Of a stretch of 47,097 nt of DNA, positions 1-8,560 are shown piece after piece. This stretch comes from Deltaproteobacteria bacterium (GTDB lineage: Bacteria > Desulfobacterota > Desulfobacteria > Desulfobacterales > B30-G6). Numbering within the stretch: position 1 is the first letter of the stretch; every line of letters begins with the position of its first letter. The stretch lies in NCBI GenBank assembly GCA_024639645.1, contig JAHEIB010000001.1:1-47097 (forward strand), read 5' to 3'. The position numbers were made by a program, and so were the translations under genes. The notes beneath the pieces were generated by a model. The model made no database searches. It saw only the letters and a list, made by a program, of their open reading frames with translations, and was not told the DNA's origin.

Positions 1-73
1 ATCCATCCGCAGTCAGCCCCTTTTCGATGAAAGAGGCAATTTTACGGTCATCTTCTATCAGTAGAATACGCAT
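1..73 (-). CDS. Response-regulator receiver protein, N-terminal fragment (gene continues past window start)
   Basis: Reverse-strand ATG at 71-73 reads MRILLIEDDRKIASFIEKGLTADG..., a typical CheY/OmpR-type receiver start. It is absent from the ORF track because it runs off the edge. Confidence 0.6.
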   Translation of the reverse strand, partial: MRILLIEDDRKIASFIEKGLTADG

Positions 74-87
74 GTTTTAAAACCAGG

Positions 88-210
88 GTCCGAGGATTCG
101 AGGGTTCGAGGGTGGCTGACAGCTATCAGCGGACAGCAGCATACCCGCTTTCAAGCATCACAGCATCACAGCATACAAAAATTCGAAGGTTCGAAGAACC
201 CGAAGCGTCA
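88..210. repeat. Intergenic repeat family A, copy 1
   Basis: Contains octamer sub-repeats (attcgagg gttcgagg; agcatcac agcatcac agcataca; attcgaag gttcgaag). It aligns by eye along its length with the reverse complement of 1290-1432. Confidence 0.8.
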
Positions 211-380
211 ATCCACAAAGAATATAAAAAAACCTTAAAAACTTCCAAGCTGCATATCACAAAATAGGGTATAAATCCATAAAGCCCTATCTACTAAAGC
301 TTCTTGACAAGATAAGGATTCCTTGCGAAAAATCAATGAATCGACAAACACATGAACCATATGATGATAAGGAGTCAGCA

Positions 381-779
381 ATGACCATTCAACAGCAAAT
401 CAAGATAGATCTTATGGGTGCCATGAAGGCCAGGGATGAGGAAAAGAAAAGCACCCTGCGGATCATTATGGGAGAATTCGCAAGAGCCGATGCAAAAGAG
501 CTTTCCGATGACGAGGTAATCAAGGTTCTGAAGAAACTGATCAAGTCAGAAAAAGAAACGCTATCACAAAAGGGTTCTGATGAAAATACGGTCTTTATCC
601 GGATTATTGAAACCTATCTGCCAACGATGGCCTCAGAAGACGAAATTATTGCCTGGGTCGATGACAACATTGACCTTTCACAATTCAAGAGCAAAATGCA
701 GGCCATGGGCCCTATCATGAAGCACTTTGGCGCCCAGGCAGATGGAAATACGGTAAAAAGGTTACTGCAGAAGCTCTAA
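381..779 (+). CDS. GatB/YqeY domain-containing protein
   Basis: ORF 336-779. The internal ATG at 381 is preceded by AAGGAG (369-374). Size and sequence style (IKIDLMGAMKARDEEKKSTLRIIMGE...) match YqeY-like proteins. Confidence 0.75.
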   Translation: MTIQQQIKIDLMGAMKARDEEKKSTLRIIMGEFARADAKELSDDEVIKVLKKLIKSEKETLSQKGSDENTVFIRIIETYLPTMASEDEIIAWVDDNIDLSQFKSKMQAMGPIMKHFGAQADGNTVKRLLQKL

Positions 780-966
780 GGTGCTCCACGGGCCCGGGGG
801 TTTGGGAACAAAAAGCACCCTGTAATATGGCGCAGGTTTTTTGGCCTGCAGCCACCTTTTACGAACAGGGTCAAGGTTCTGACCATGCCATGCTCCATGT
901 ATATTTTATCTTTTATATATAGATATTTATAGATATTTATTCATAAATTACTTTAATCCATAAAGC

Positions 967-1221
967 TCAACCTTCTTCCTTTATAAGTTCTTCCGCAATG
1001 TTGATATCATACACCTGTTCCGGGTTGAAAGTTTTGCCGCCGTACATTTTGCTGGCCTGAAGAATGGCTTCGTGGGCCACCCAGCCATGTTCTTCCCAAA
1101 GCTCTGGTACGTCCTGGTTCCATAATCGAAACTGGATTTCGCTGCCGAATTTTCGAATATACATTCGCACGCGTTTATTCTTCAGCTGTGGATGGTAATA
1201 GATCCCTCTGTCGTCTTTCAT
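967..1221 (-). CDS. Hypothetical small protein (84 aa)
   Basis: Clean ORF with normal composition. I recognise no family. Confidence 0.5.
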   Translation of the reverse strand: MKDDRGIYYHPQLKNKRVRMYIRKFGSEIQFRLWNQDVPELWEEHGWVAHEAILQASKMYGGKTFNPEQVYDINIAEELIKEEG

Positions 1222-1289
1222 GCTTATCTTCCTTGATTGGGTCTTGCTAAAGTAAATAAAATTTTAATTGAATGGAAATGGCGAGCGTA

Positions 1290-1432
1290 TTCTCCGAAGG
1301 TTCTTCAATCTTTGGCCCCTCGAAACTTTGTATGCTGGGATGCAAGGATGCATGGAAGCTGGGATGCTGCTGCCCGCTAATAGCAGTCAGCCAACCTCCA
1401 ACCCTTGTATCCCCCTTCGACCCTCCAACCCT
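1290..1432. repeat. Intergenic repeat family A, copy 2 (inverted relative to copy 1)
   Basis: The reverse complement reads ...gggttggaggttggctgactgctattagcgggcagcagcatcccagcttccatgcatccttgcatcccagcatacaaagtttcgagg..., colinear with 100-200. Track ORFs 1268-1516 and 1272-1460 lie on it and look spurious. Confidence 0.8.
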
Positions 1433-1456
1433 AAATGTAGGTTCTCTCGATCTACA

Positions 1457-1774
1457 TTAGATTACCTGCTCTTGGATCCATTCCAGATATGGCTCATACC
1501 CTTCCATCACCGGTAAACAAACCATGCAGGGGCAATCATAGCTATGCATGGCTTTCACTTTTTTCTTCAGCGCCGGTATATTTTTCTGCGTGGTTTTGGC
1601 AAGCAGAATGGCCTCCTGATCTTCCTGGATCTTACCTTCCCAGCGGTATATAGAATTCATGTGATCGATAATATTTACGCAGGCCACCAGCTTTGATTCC
1701 ACCAGGGCCTTACCGATCTGCCTTGCCTCCGTCTTGTCACCGGTGGTGATATAAACCAGATATATTGTCGTCAT
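1457..1774 (-). CDS. cutA: Divalent-cation tolerance protein CutA
   Basis: 105 aa. The pattern LVACVNI...SIYRWEGKI...E..LL.KT is typical of CutA1. Confidence 0.85.
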   Translation of the reverse strand: MTTIYLVYITTGDKTEARQIGKALVESKLVACVNIIDHMNSIYRWEGKIQEDQEAILLAKTTQKNIPALKKKVKAMHSYDCPCMVCLPVMEGYEPYLEWIQEQVI

Positions 1775-1845
1775 AACATGTCCTTTTTCCTGCTATTTAT
1801 CAAATTCTCTTTCAATCGACTGATGAGACTAATCCAGGGAGTTGC

Positions 1846-1917
1846 TGTAAGCTTTAAGCCATAAGCGGGTTGAGCGGCAACAACGTATTGCTTATAACTT
1901 ACCGCTAATGGCTAACT
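1846..1917. repeat. TAAGC-heptad palindrome (degenerate copy, divergent promoter region)
   Basis: tgtaagc tttaagc cataagc, then a 23 nt spacer, then gcttata acttacc gctaatg gctaact. Confidence 0.7.
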
Positions 1918-1975
1918 ATAGCATTTTATTTGACAGATCAATGCCGAATCATTAACTTCAGCACGTATTTTTGTT

Positions 1976-2860
1976 TTGCGTCGTATTATCCAAAAATCAA
2001 TAGAGCATCCCATGACCCCTACTGCGAGAAAAACCATTCTCTGCCCAACCTGCCGCAAACTCATCAGCATTGATGAGGCCCGCTGCCCTTATTGCGGCAC
2101 CGTAAAACCCGGGTCCTGGATGCACAACAATCCTGTTTCACGACTTTTCAATAATCCGGCACAATTCATCAAGGGTATCATATATGTCAATGCAGCTATG
2201 TTTGCCCTAACCATTCTCATCAGCTTTCAGTCTCTCCGACTATCTGGGAACCCCCTTCATTTTCTATCGCCCAGCTTACTAAGTTTGAGGCTGTTGGGAG
2301 CCACCGGAACATTTGCCATCGACAACCTGCACCGATGGTGGACGCTTCTGTCGGCCAGTTATCTTCACGGTGGCATCCTGCACATCCTGTTCAATATGAT
2401 GGCATTCCGACAGATCTCGGTACTCATTATTCGTGAATACGGTATTCACCGGATGTTCAGCATCTACACCCTTGGCGGAATTTTCGGTTTCTGGATTTCA
2501 TACCTGAGAGGGACACCCGACACGATTGGCTCATCAGCAGCGATCTGCAGTCTCATCGGAGCCGCTCTTTACTATGGCAAGAGCCGCGGCGGCGTTTACG
2601 GGCAGGCTATCTATCGTCAAATCGGTGGTTGGGTCTTGATGATTTTTCTGTTCGGTTTTATGATCCCGGGCATTGATAACTGGGGACACGGCGGTGGCAT
2701 TGCCGGGGGCATTCTTCTCGGGCTTTTGTTTGGCTACCATGAAAGAAAAAAAGAAACCCGGCTGCACAGAACTCTGGCACGCTTGTGTGTCCTCGCCACA
2801 GTGGCGATTCTGCTTTGGGCCATAGGCTCAGGTCTCTATTATTATACAGCCCTGCATTAG
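1976..2860 (+). CDS. Rhomboid-family intramembrane serine protease with N-terminal zinc ribbon
   Basis: CPTCRK...CPYCG zinc ribbon, multiple TM segments, HGGILHILFNM, GSSAAI (GxSx catalytic Ser) and WGHGGG motifs. The real start may be the ATG at 2012; 1976 is TTG. Confidence 0.8.
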   Translation: MRRIIQKSIEHPMTPTARKTILCPTCRKLISIDEARCPYCGTVKPGSWMHNNPVSRLFNNPAQFIKGIIYVNAAMFALTILISFQSLRLSGNPLHFLSPSLLSLRLLGATGTFAIDNLHRWWTLLSASYLHGGILHILFNMMAFRQISVLIIREYGIHRMFSIYTLGGIFGFWISYLRGTPDTIGSSAAICSLIGAALYYGKSRGGVYGQAIYRQIGGWVLMIFLFGFMIPGIDNWGHGGGIAGGILLGLLFGYHERKKETRLHRTLARLCVLATVAILLWAIGSGLYYYTALH

Positions 2861-2867
2861 GGGGAAA

Positions 2868-3176
2868 ATGGATTCTTTGAAAGAAACGGAAGGTCATTTT
2901 GCCTTAAGACGCTGCATCCTGAAAACCCTTTATGATTTTTTCAGAGCATACCCTTTTGGGCTTGCCGAGCTACGCACCCTCGATGAGACCTGTCGGTCTG
3001 ATCCTGAGGAACTCAACTGGAACATCGTCTATCTCGAAAAAAGCGGTTATGTGGAACTGGACAAATCCATGGACTGCCCACCGTATGTTTCCTGCACGGC
3101 CAGCATCACCGCAAAGGGCATCGATCTCGTGGAAAATATTCAAAATTTTGACATTAAATTCAATAAGTTGTCATAA
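2868..3176 (+). CDS. Hypothetical protein, possibly winged-helix-like (102 aa)
   Basis: ORF begins 8 nt after the rhomboid stop and is preceded by a G-rich RBS. No confident family assignment. Confidence 0.5.
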   Translation: MDSLKETEGHFALRRCILKTLYDFFRAYPFGLAELRTLDETCRSDPEELNWNIVYLEKSGYVELDKSMDCPPYVSCTASITAKGIDLVENIQNFDIKFNKLS

Positions 3177-3206
3177 TCACCCTTTATTGTTGAATTTACT
3201 TTTCTA

Positions 3207-3235
3207 TTGACACTCCCAGCATACTATTTTATACA
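3207..3235 (+). promoter_or_regulatory. Sigma-70-type promoter candidate
   Basis: TTGACA (3207-3212), 17 nt spacer, TATACA (3230-3235). It lies about 70 nt upstream of the PilZ ATG. Confidence 0.45.
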
Positions 3236-3306
3236 CCTTGCAATCGCTTTTTGGGCAAACAAAACGTGATGCGCCTGCCACCATGCATCCTGCTGCGGGG
3301 CAACAA

Positions 3307-3684
3307 ATGAATCAAATTGAACGCAGAAAACACAAACGATTCAAGGCTGCTCAAGGGGCTTATGCGGTGCTGGGCCCGGAGACATCCAAGCTCGGTCAGA
3401 TTAAAGATATCAGCCTGGGTGGACTCGCTTTCAAATACCTTGCAGACGAAGCCCGGCCGAATAGTGCCGGTGAGCTGGATATCATCATTCGTCAAAACAG
3501 CTATTGTATAAGAAATATTCCCATACAAACCGTCTCAGACGTTGAGCTTGCCAGAGAAAATGCCTTCAGCACGATACGGTTAAGACAACAGGGCGTTCAG
3601 TTTGGCAAACTGACATCAGATCAAACATCACAACTGGAATTTATCCTGAAACATCATACCTCATGGATCGAAGAGCCTTCTTAA
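3307..3684 (+). CDS. PilZ domain protein (c-di-GMP receptor type)
   Basis: RRKHKRF (RxxxR) followed by DISLGGLAF (D/NxSxxG). I prefer the ATG at 3307 over the track start at 3238. Confidence 0.75.
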   Translation: MNQIERRKHKRFKAAQGAYAVLGPETSKLGQIKDISLGGLAFKYLADEARPNSAGELDIIIRQNSYCIRNIPIQTVSDVELARENAFSTIRLRQQGVQFGKLTSDQTSQLEFILKHHTSWIEEPS

Positions 3685-4487
3685 AAACATTCAGCTGTTT
3701 ACTCCTGGCGCAGGGTCTGCCTCCCACGGGGATTGCCAGAGTCTTTGGTGCGCCTGTCTCAAACATGAAAAATACCCAAGGAGCAGTCCAGACAAACCAA
3801 CAACAGCCTCACGTTATCCATCATACCCTGCTTCCAAAAGATGACTGGCCGGTACTACTGAGCACTTTGAATCGATTTTCCCGTATTCAGGCCATTGTGG
3901 GGTTCGGCAATTTCTGTATCCTGGGATTTGACGATAGCCTACGGGTTGCCAGAGACTATGCAAAGGTCGGTGCATTTACACAACAAGAGCTTGGGTTTAT
4001 CGATAAAGTATTCCACACCAAAGCCGGAATCTATGGTTTTCTAGGAGATAAAATATTCCACAATATATCGGACACCATTGCCGCATCAAAAACTGACAAA
4101 ATTCCTGGAACCGGCAATTATCTTTTCAAAGGACTCCCCCAACAGCTTTATCACGAGATATCACACGATATCGGCGATCGGCTTGTACTCACAGCCGGTA
4201 TCCGAGGCATGGCCAAGCAATTTTACCTGTTCCTGAGAAAAGTCAAGAAAACCGGTGGTAACTTGTCGTTGGCCTCCCAGGCCATCGCTCCCCCGGGTTA
4301 TTCTTATCATGGGGTCAGTGATTTTGATGTGGGACAGGTTGGTTTCGGGGCTGCCAATTTTACCACCCGTTTCAGCCATACCAGCGTATACAAAAAGATG
4401 GTCCAACTGGGTTACGTTGTCTTTCGTTACCCGCAGAACAATTTGCTGGGTGTCCAGTTCGAGCCTTGGCATATCCAGGTTGTTTAG
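3663..4487 (+). CDS. Tat-exported peptidase M15 (VanY / D-Ala-D-Ala carboxypeptidase-like)
   Basis: N-terminal MDRRAFLK twin-arginine motif plus hydrophobic stretch. C-terminal SYHGVSDFDVG and FEPWHI match the SxHxxGxAxD / ExxH zinc motifs of M15B/C peptidases. Confidence 0.7.
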   Translation: MDRRAFLKTFSCLLLAQGLPPTGIARVFGAPVSNMKNTQGAVQTNQQQPHVIHHTLLPKDDWPVLLSTLNRFSRIQAIVGFGNFCILGFDDSLRVARDYAKVGAFTQQELGFIDKVFHTKAGIYGFLGDKIFHNISDTIAASKTDKIPGTGNYLFKGLPQQLYHEISHDIGDRLVLTAGIRGMAKQFYLFLRKVKKTGGNLSLASQAIAPPGYSYHGVSDFDVGQVGFGAANFTTRFSHTSVYKKMVQLGYVVFRYPQNNLLGVQFEPWHIQVV

Positions 4488-4530
4488 CCCAGCGCCAAAG
4501 AGCCCGGTTTTTTAATAAAAAGGCGAATTG

Positions 4531-5514
4531 ATGGCCAGAGGCGACCAATTAGGAAGACAATGGAAAATCATCAGGCGTTTGATCGCCTCCACGCAGGGAA
4601 AATCCGTTCAGGACCTGGCTTCTGAGCTCTCCTGTCACGCCAGAACCGTCTACAGGGACCTGGAGGCCCTTCAGGTCGCTGGATTTCCCGTATATACGGA
4701 GCGCAAGAACCAAAAAAATTACTGGTCCCTGATGGCGTCCGCAAAACATCAAATACCCATTCCTTTTAATATTGCTGAGCTCATGGCCCTCTATTTCAGC
4801 AGTGATATGCTGAAAATGCTGAAAAATACGGTCTTTTACGATTCTCTCGAGTCTCTTTTTAAGAAAATCAAAGCAACCCTGCCACCAGAATATATGACCT
4901 ATCTGCAGCATGTTGAATCCAGTCTGAAAGTCGACCTAAAGCCAACCAAGGACTACAGTCGCTTTAGGGATATTATCGACCAGATTAACGAGGCAATTCT
5001 CAACCGGCAGCATGTCCGTATAACCTATTATGCCATGAGCCGTCAGAAGACCTCCCAACGGGTCATCGCACCCTACAAACTCTGGTTTTTCGATGGTACG
5101 TTTTACATGCTCGGCTTTTGCCGTCTCAGAAAGGACATACGACTGTTTGCCGTTGACAGGATCCAAAAGATGGTATTAACAGGCACTATCTTTGAAACAC
5201 CGGAGGATTTTGATATGGAAAATCTTCTGCGTGCCAGTTTTGGCGCCTTTTTTGGCGAGCCGGTTCAGGTGATCATCCATTTTTCTCCGAGAATTGCCGG
5301 GTATATTGCTGAAAAGATATGGCATGAAAGTCAAGTTGTGGAAAAACAGAAAGACGGGTCCCTGATTTTCAAAGCACAAATCGCAGGGACCGAAGAAATC
5401 AAGTTCTGGATCCTGGGCTGGGGAAAAGATGCTGTGGTACTGGAACCCGACTCTCTTCGCGAAGAGATCCGAATGGAAGCCCAGGGTATGTTGAAAGAAT
5501 ACGGAGCAGAATGA
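4531..5514 (+). CDS. HTH-WYL domain transcriptional regulator
   Basis: N-terminal DeoR-like HTH (SVQDLASELSCHARTVYRDLEAL) and a central WYL-type domain (YKLWFFDGTFYMLGFC). Size is about 327 aa. ATG at 4531. Confidence 0.8.
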   Translation: MARGDQLGRQWKIIRRLIASTQGKSVQDLASELSCHARTVYRDLEALQVAGFPVYTERKNQKNYWSLMASAKHQIPIPFNIAELMALYFSSDMLKMLKNTVFYDSLESLFKKIKATLPPEYMTYLQHVESSLKVDLKPTKDYSRFRDIIDQINEAILNRQHVRITYYAMSRQKTSQRVIAPYKLWFFDGTFYMLGFCRLRKDIRLFAVDRIQKMVLTGTIFETPEDFDMENLLRASFGAFFGEPVQVIIHFSPRIAGYIAEKIWHESQVVEKQKDGSLIFKAQIAGTEEIKFWILGWGKDAVVLEPDSLREEIRMEAQGMLKEYGAE

Positions 5515-6656
5515 TACCATTCAATTCAAAACTGCCTGATGTCGGTGTCACCATCTTCACGGTCATGTCTCAATTGGCCAATGATTACCAGGCTATCAAC
5601 CTGTCTCAGGGATTCCCGGATTTTGATGCCGCCCCCGATCTGATTGAGGGCGTGGCTGAGCACATGAGAGCAGGCAGCAACCAGTATGCACCCATGCAGG
5701 GGGTAGCTGCACTGCGTCATAAAATTGCCGAAAAGGTACGGAAGCTCTACCAGTATGACTATGACCCGGATACGGAAATCACCGTCACCACTGGAGCCAC
5801 GGAAGCACTTTATGCCGCCATTACTACGGTGGTTCACACAGGCGATGAAGTCATCATTTTTGAGCCGGCTTATGATGCCTATGCACCGGTGATAAGGCTG
5901 AACAATGGCATCCCTGTTTTCCTGCAGTTGAAACCGCCTGACTATCGGATCGACTGGGATGAGGTTGCGGATAATCTCTCTGAGAGAACGCGTCTTATTA
6001 TCCTGAACTCTCCCCACAACCCCACGGGCAGCATCCTTGACAAATCGGATATGGCTGCCCTGGACACAATCCTGGCTGATACGAAAACCCTGATTCTGAG
6101 TGACGAAGTATACGAACATATTGTTTTTGACCATCAGACCCATGAAAGCATCATTCGTTATCCCAGCCTGGCCGCCAGAAGTTTTGTTGTAAGCTCATTT
6201 GGCAAGACCTATCACACCACGGGCTGGAAAATCGGCTATTGTCTAGCACCGGCAACACTTTCCAGGGAATTTCAGCGGGTACACCAGTTTCTTACATTTT
6301 CCTCCAACACCCCCATTCAACTGGCCTATGCCGACATCCTCGACCGGGAGGATCTGTATCATGGTCTGGCCTCTTTTTATCAGGATAAAAGAGATACTTT
6401 TTTAAACTATATGGAAGGTTCGCGCTTCAAACCGGTCCCCTGCAGCGGAACCTATTTTCAGATGATGCAATACGATGCCATTTCAACTTTGCCGGATATT
6501 GAATTCGCCCGCTGGATGACCATCGAACACGGCGTTGCCTCCATACCGGTTTCAGTTTTTTATCACACGAAAACAGATCACAACGTGGTGCGATTCTGCT
6601 TTGCAAAAAGAGTAGAGACACTGGAAAGGGCTGCTGAAAAATTATGCCGAATTTAA
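5511..6656 (+). CDS. ybdL: Methionine/glutamine aminotransferase YbdL (class I PLP aminotransferase)
   Basis: Colinear with recalled E. coli YbdL (SKLP..G.TIFT.MS.LA...QAINLSQGFPDF, NQYAPM.GV.ALR, SSFGKTYH.TGWK.GYC.AP). Its ATG overlaps the WYL stop (ATGA). Confidence 0.85.
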   Translation: MIPFNSKLPDVGVTIFTVMSQLANDYQAINLSQGFPDFDAAPDLIEGVAEHMRAGSNQYAPMQGVAALRHKIAEKVRKLYQYDYDPDTEITVTTGATEALYAAITTVVHTGDEVIIFEPAYDAYAPVIRLNNGIPVFLQLKPPDYRIDWDEVADNLSERTRLIILNSPHNPTGSILDKSDMAALDTILADTKTLILSDEVYEHIVFDHQTHESIIRYPSLAARSFVVSSFGKTYHTTGWKIGYCLAPATLSREFQRVHQFLTFSSNTPIQLAYADILDREDLYHGLASFYQDKRDTFLNYMEGSRFKPVPCSGTYFQMMQYDAISTLPDIEFARWMTIEHGVASIPVSVFYHTKTDHNVVRFCFAKRVETLERAAEKLCRI

Positions 6657-7447
6657 TCGTTACTTTCATCCAGACAGAGCTGGTTTGGGAAGATATTCAA
6701 GCCAACCTGGAAATGCTGGATAAAAAATTCGAGGCCATTGAAAACCCCACCGACCTCATCCTCCTGCCTGAAATGTTTTCCACCGGATTCAGTATGCGTC
6801 CCGTCGGATTAGCTGAAACCATGCAGGGGAGTGCTGTGTCCTGGATGATGAAAAAAGCGGCGGATAAATCCGCAGACATCGCAGGGAGCCTCATGATCGA
6901 AGAAGAAGGACACTATTTTAATCGCCTGATCTGGGCAAAACCGGATGGTCGAATGCTCACCTATGACAAGAAACATCTTTTTAGGATGAGTGGCGAAGAA
7001 AAGGAGTATACCGCTGGAAACCATCTGTTGACTGTTGAATTGAAGGGGTGGCGAATCCGGCCTTTTATCTGCTATGATCTTCGTTTCCCGGCCTGGATGA
7101 GAAATTCCGGCAGTCCCTACGACCTGGCCATCGTTATCGCGAATTGGCCGGCATCCCGGGAAATCCATTGGCAGACACTTCTACGTGCCAGGGCCATCGA
7201 AAACCAGTCTTATGTCATCGGTGTCAATCGGGTCGGCGTGGACGGCAATCAGGTGGAATACAACGGCTATTCATGTGTTATCGATTATCAGGGTAATGTT
7301 CATTTCCAAGAAGTGAAACACGATCACACGCAGACAGCAAGTCTTTCTCTATCAACCCTTCGGAATTACCGAAAAACATTCCCGGTATTGATGGACAGGG
7401 ACACGGAACTCGATCAGCTTTTCCATGAGTCAGATGAAATCTTCTGA
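6644..7447 (+). CDS. yafV: Omega-amidase YafV (C-N hydrolase/nitrilase superfamily)
   Basis: Colinear with recalled E. coli YafV (LPEMF.TGF.M, YDK.HLFRM, GWRI.P..CYDLRFP.W.RN, ANWPA.R..HWQ.LL.ARAIENQ.YV). Overlaps ybdL by 13 nt. Confidence 0.85.
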   Translation: MPNLIVTFIQTELVWEDIQANLEMLDKKFEAIENPTDLILLPEMFSTGFSMRPVGLAETMQGSAVSWMMKKAADKSADIAGSLMIEEEGHYFNRLIWAKPDGRMLTYDKKHLFRMSGEEKEYTAGNHLLTVELKGWRIRPFICYDLRFPAWMRNSGSPYDLAIVIANWPASREIHWQTLLRARAIENQSYVIGVNRVGVDGNQVEYNGYSCVIDYQGNVHFQEVKHDHTQTASLSLSTLRNYRKTFPVLMDRDTELDQLFHESDEIF

Positions 7448-8546
7448 TATCCGTCTTCAGGAGGATCTTGAACGTCGCATTGTTCATGGGATCGCCTGTG
7501 AGTGGGAAAATGCGCTCTGGGTACTGTCTCCTCATGACCGCCAACACATGAAACAGCCCTTTTTCAGTCTGAGGACATTAAAAAGCCGGCTTGGTTACTG
7601 GTCAGAGTCAAAAAATGAAATTGTCATCAGCCGAACGTTTGCCTTGGATTATGCATGGGACGATGTACGGGATGTTTTATATCATGAAATGGCTCACCAG
7701 TATGCCGATCAGGTTCTAAAAACGTCAGAGACAACTCCCCACGGACCTGATTTTTTAAAGGCATGCCATCACCTGAGAGCCAATCCAAAAGCATCCGGTA
7801 GTTATAAACCGCTGCATGACCAGATAAACAGCCTGTCCTTAAGCAATCAGGACAGGGCTCTGCTCCGTGTAAAAAAACTCATGTCCCTCGCCAAAAGTAG
7901 CAACCGCCACGAAGCCGAAGCCGCCATGACCAAAGCCCATGAACTGATGAGGAAATACAACGTTGAACTGCAGAACCGGTCATTTCAACGCAATTTTGTC
8001 AGCATGTTTATTGGCTTTCCCGCCTTGCGGCACCACCGGGAAGAATATCATTTGGCAAACCTGTTACAGAAATACTATTTTGTCCAGGGACTCTGGGTAT
8101 CTTCTTATGTCCTCGCAAAAGAAAAAATGGGGCGTGTTTTTGAAATCAGCGGAATCCCGGAAAATGTCAAAATTGCTTCTTATGTCTACGATTTCGTAAA
8201 AAATACCATCGACACGCACTGGCGCCGTTACAACCGCCAAGGAATGCTGAACCGATATCGCAAGACAGACTTTGCCGTTGGATTAATCGAAGGTTTCTGC
8301 AATAAACTGGCTGCCCAGAAACAAGCACCGTCACACAGGGGAAAGACAACAGCCTTGATAAGCTTGGAAGACCCTATGCTCAAGATTTATATGTCGCACA
8401 AATATCCCCGCACCAGAACATTCCAGAGAGCAGCTTCGAGTCAGGATGACCAGGTGCTCAAACATGGGTATGACATCGGTAAGGATCTGGTCATCTCGAA
8501 AGGCATTGAAGTGACAAAAAACGGTAAAGAGCTTTTACCGAGATAA
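7425..8546 (+). CDS. SprT-like zinc metalloprotease domain protein with DUF2786-like region
   Basis: YHEMAHQY (HExxH) in an SprT-like N-terminal region. LLRVKKLMSLAKSSNRHEAEAAMTKAHELMRKYNV resembles DUF2786. Overlaps yafV by 23 nt. Confidence 0.65.
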   Translation: MSQMKSSDIRLQEDLERRIVHGIACEWENALWVLSPHDRQHMKQPFFSLRTLKSRLGYWSESKNEIVISRTFALDYAWDDVRDVLYHEMAHQYADQVLKTSETTPHGPDFLKACHHLRANPKASGSYKPLHDQINSLSLSNQDRALLRVKKLMSLAKSSNRHEAEAAMTKAHELMRKYNVELQNRSFQRNFVSMFIGFPALRHHREEYHLANLLQKYYFVQGLWVSSYVLAKEKMGRVFEISGIPENVKIASYVYDFVKNTIDTHWRRYNRQGMLNRYRKTDFAVGLIEGFCNKLAAQKQAPSHRGKTTALISLEDPMLKIYMSHKYPRTRTFQRAASSQDDQVLKHGYDIGKDLVISKGIEVTKNGKELLPR

Positions 8547-8560
8547 GTTCTTGAAAAAAA

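Noticed and set aside
304-332. TTGACA at 304-309 as a promoter for the YqeY-like gene.
   Set aside because: No acceptable -10 hexamer lies 16 to 18 nt downstream (gaaaaa / cgaaaa).
1268-1516. Plus-strand ORFs 1268-1516 and 1272-1460.
   Set aside because: They lie on repeat family A copy 2 and run into the cutA 3' end. Their composition is Cys/Pro/Leu-rich and low-complexity, and no RBS is present.
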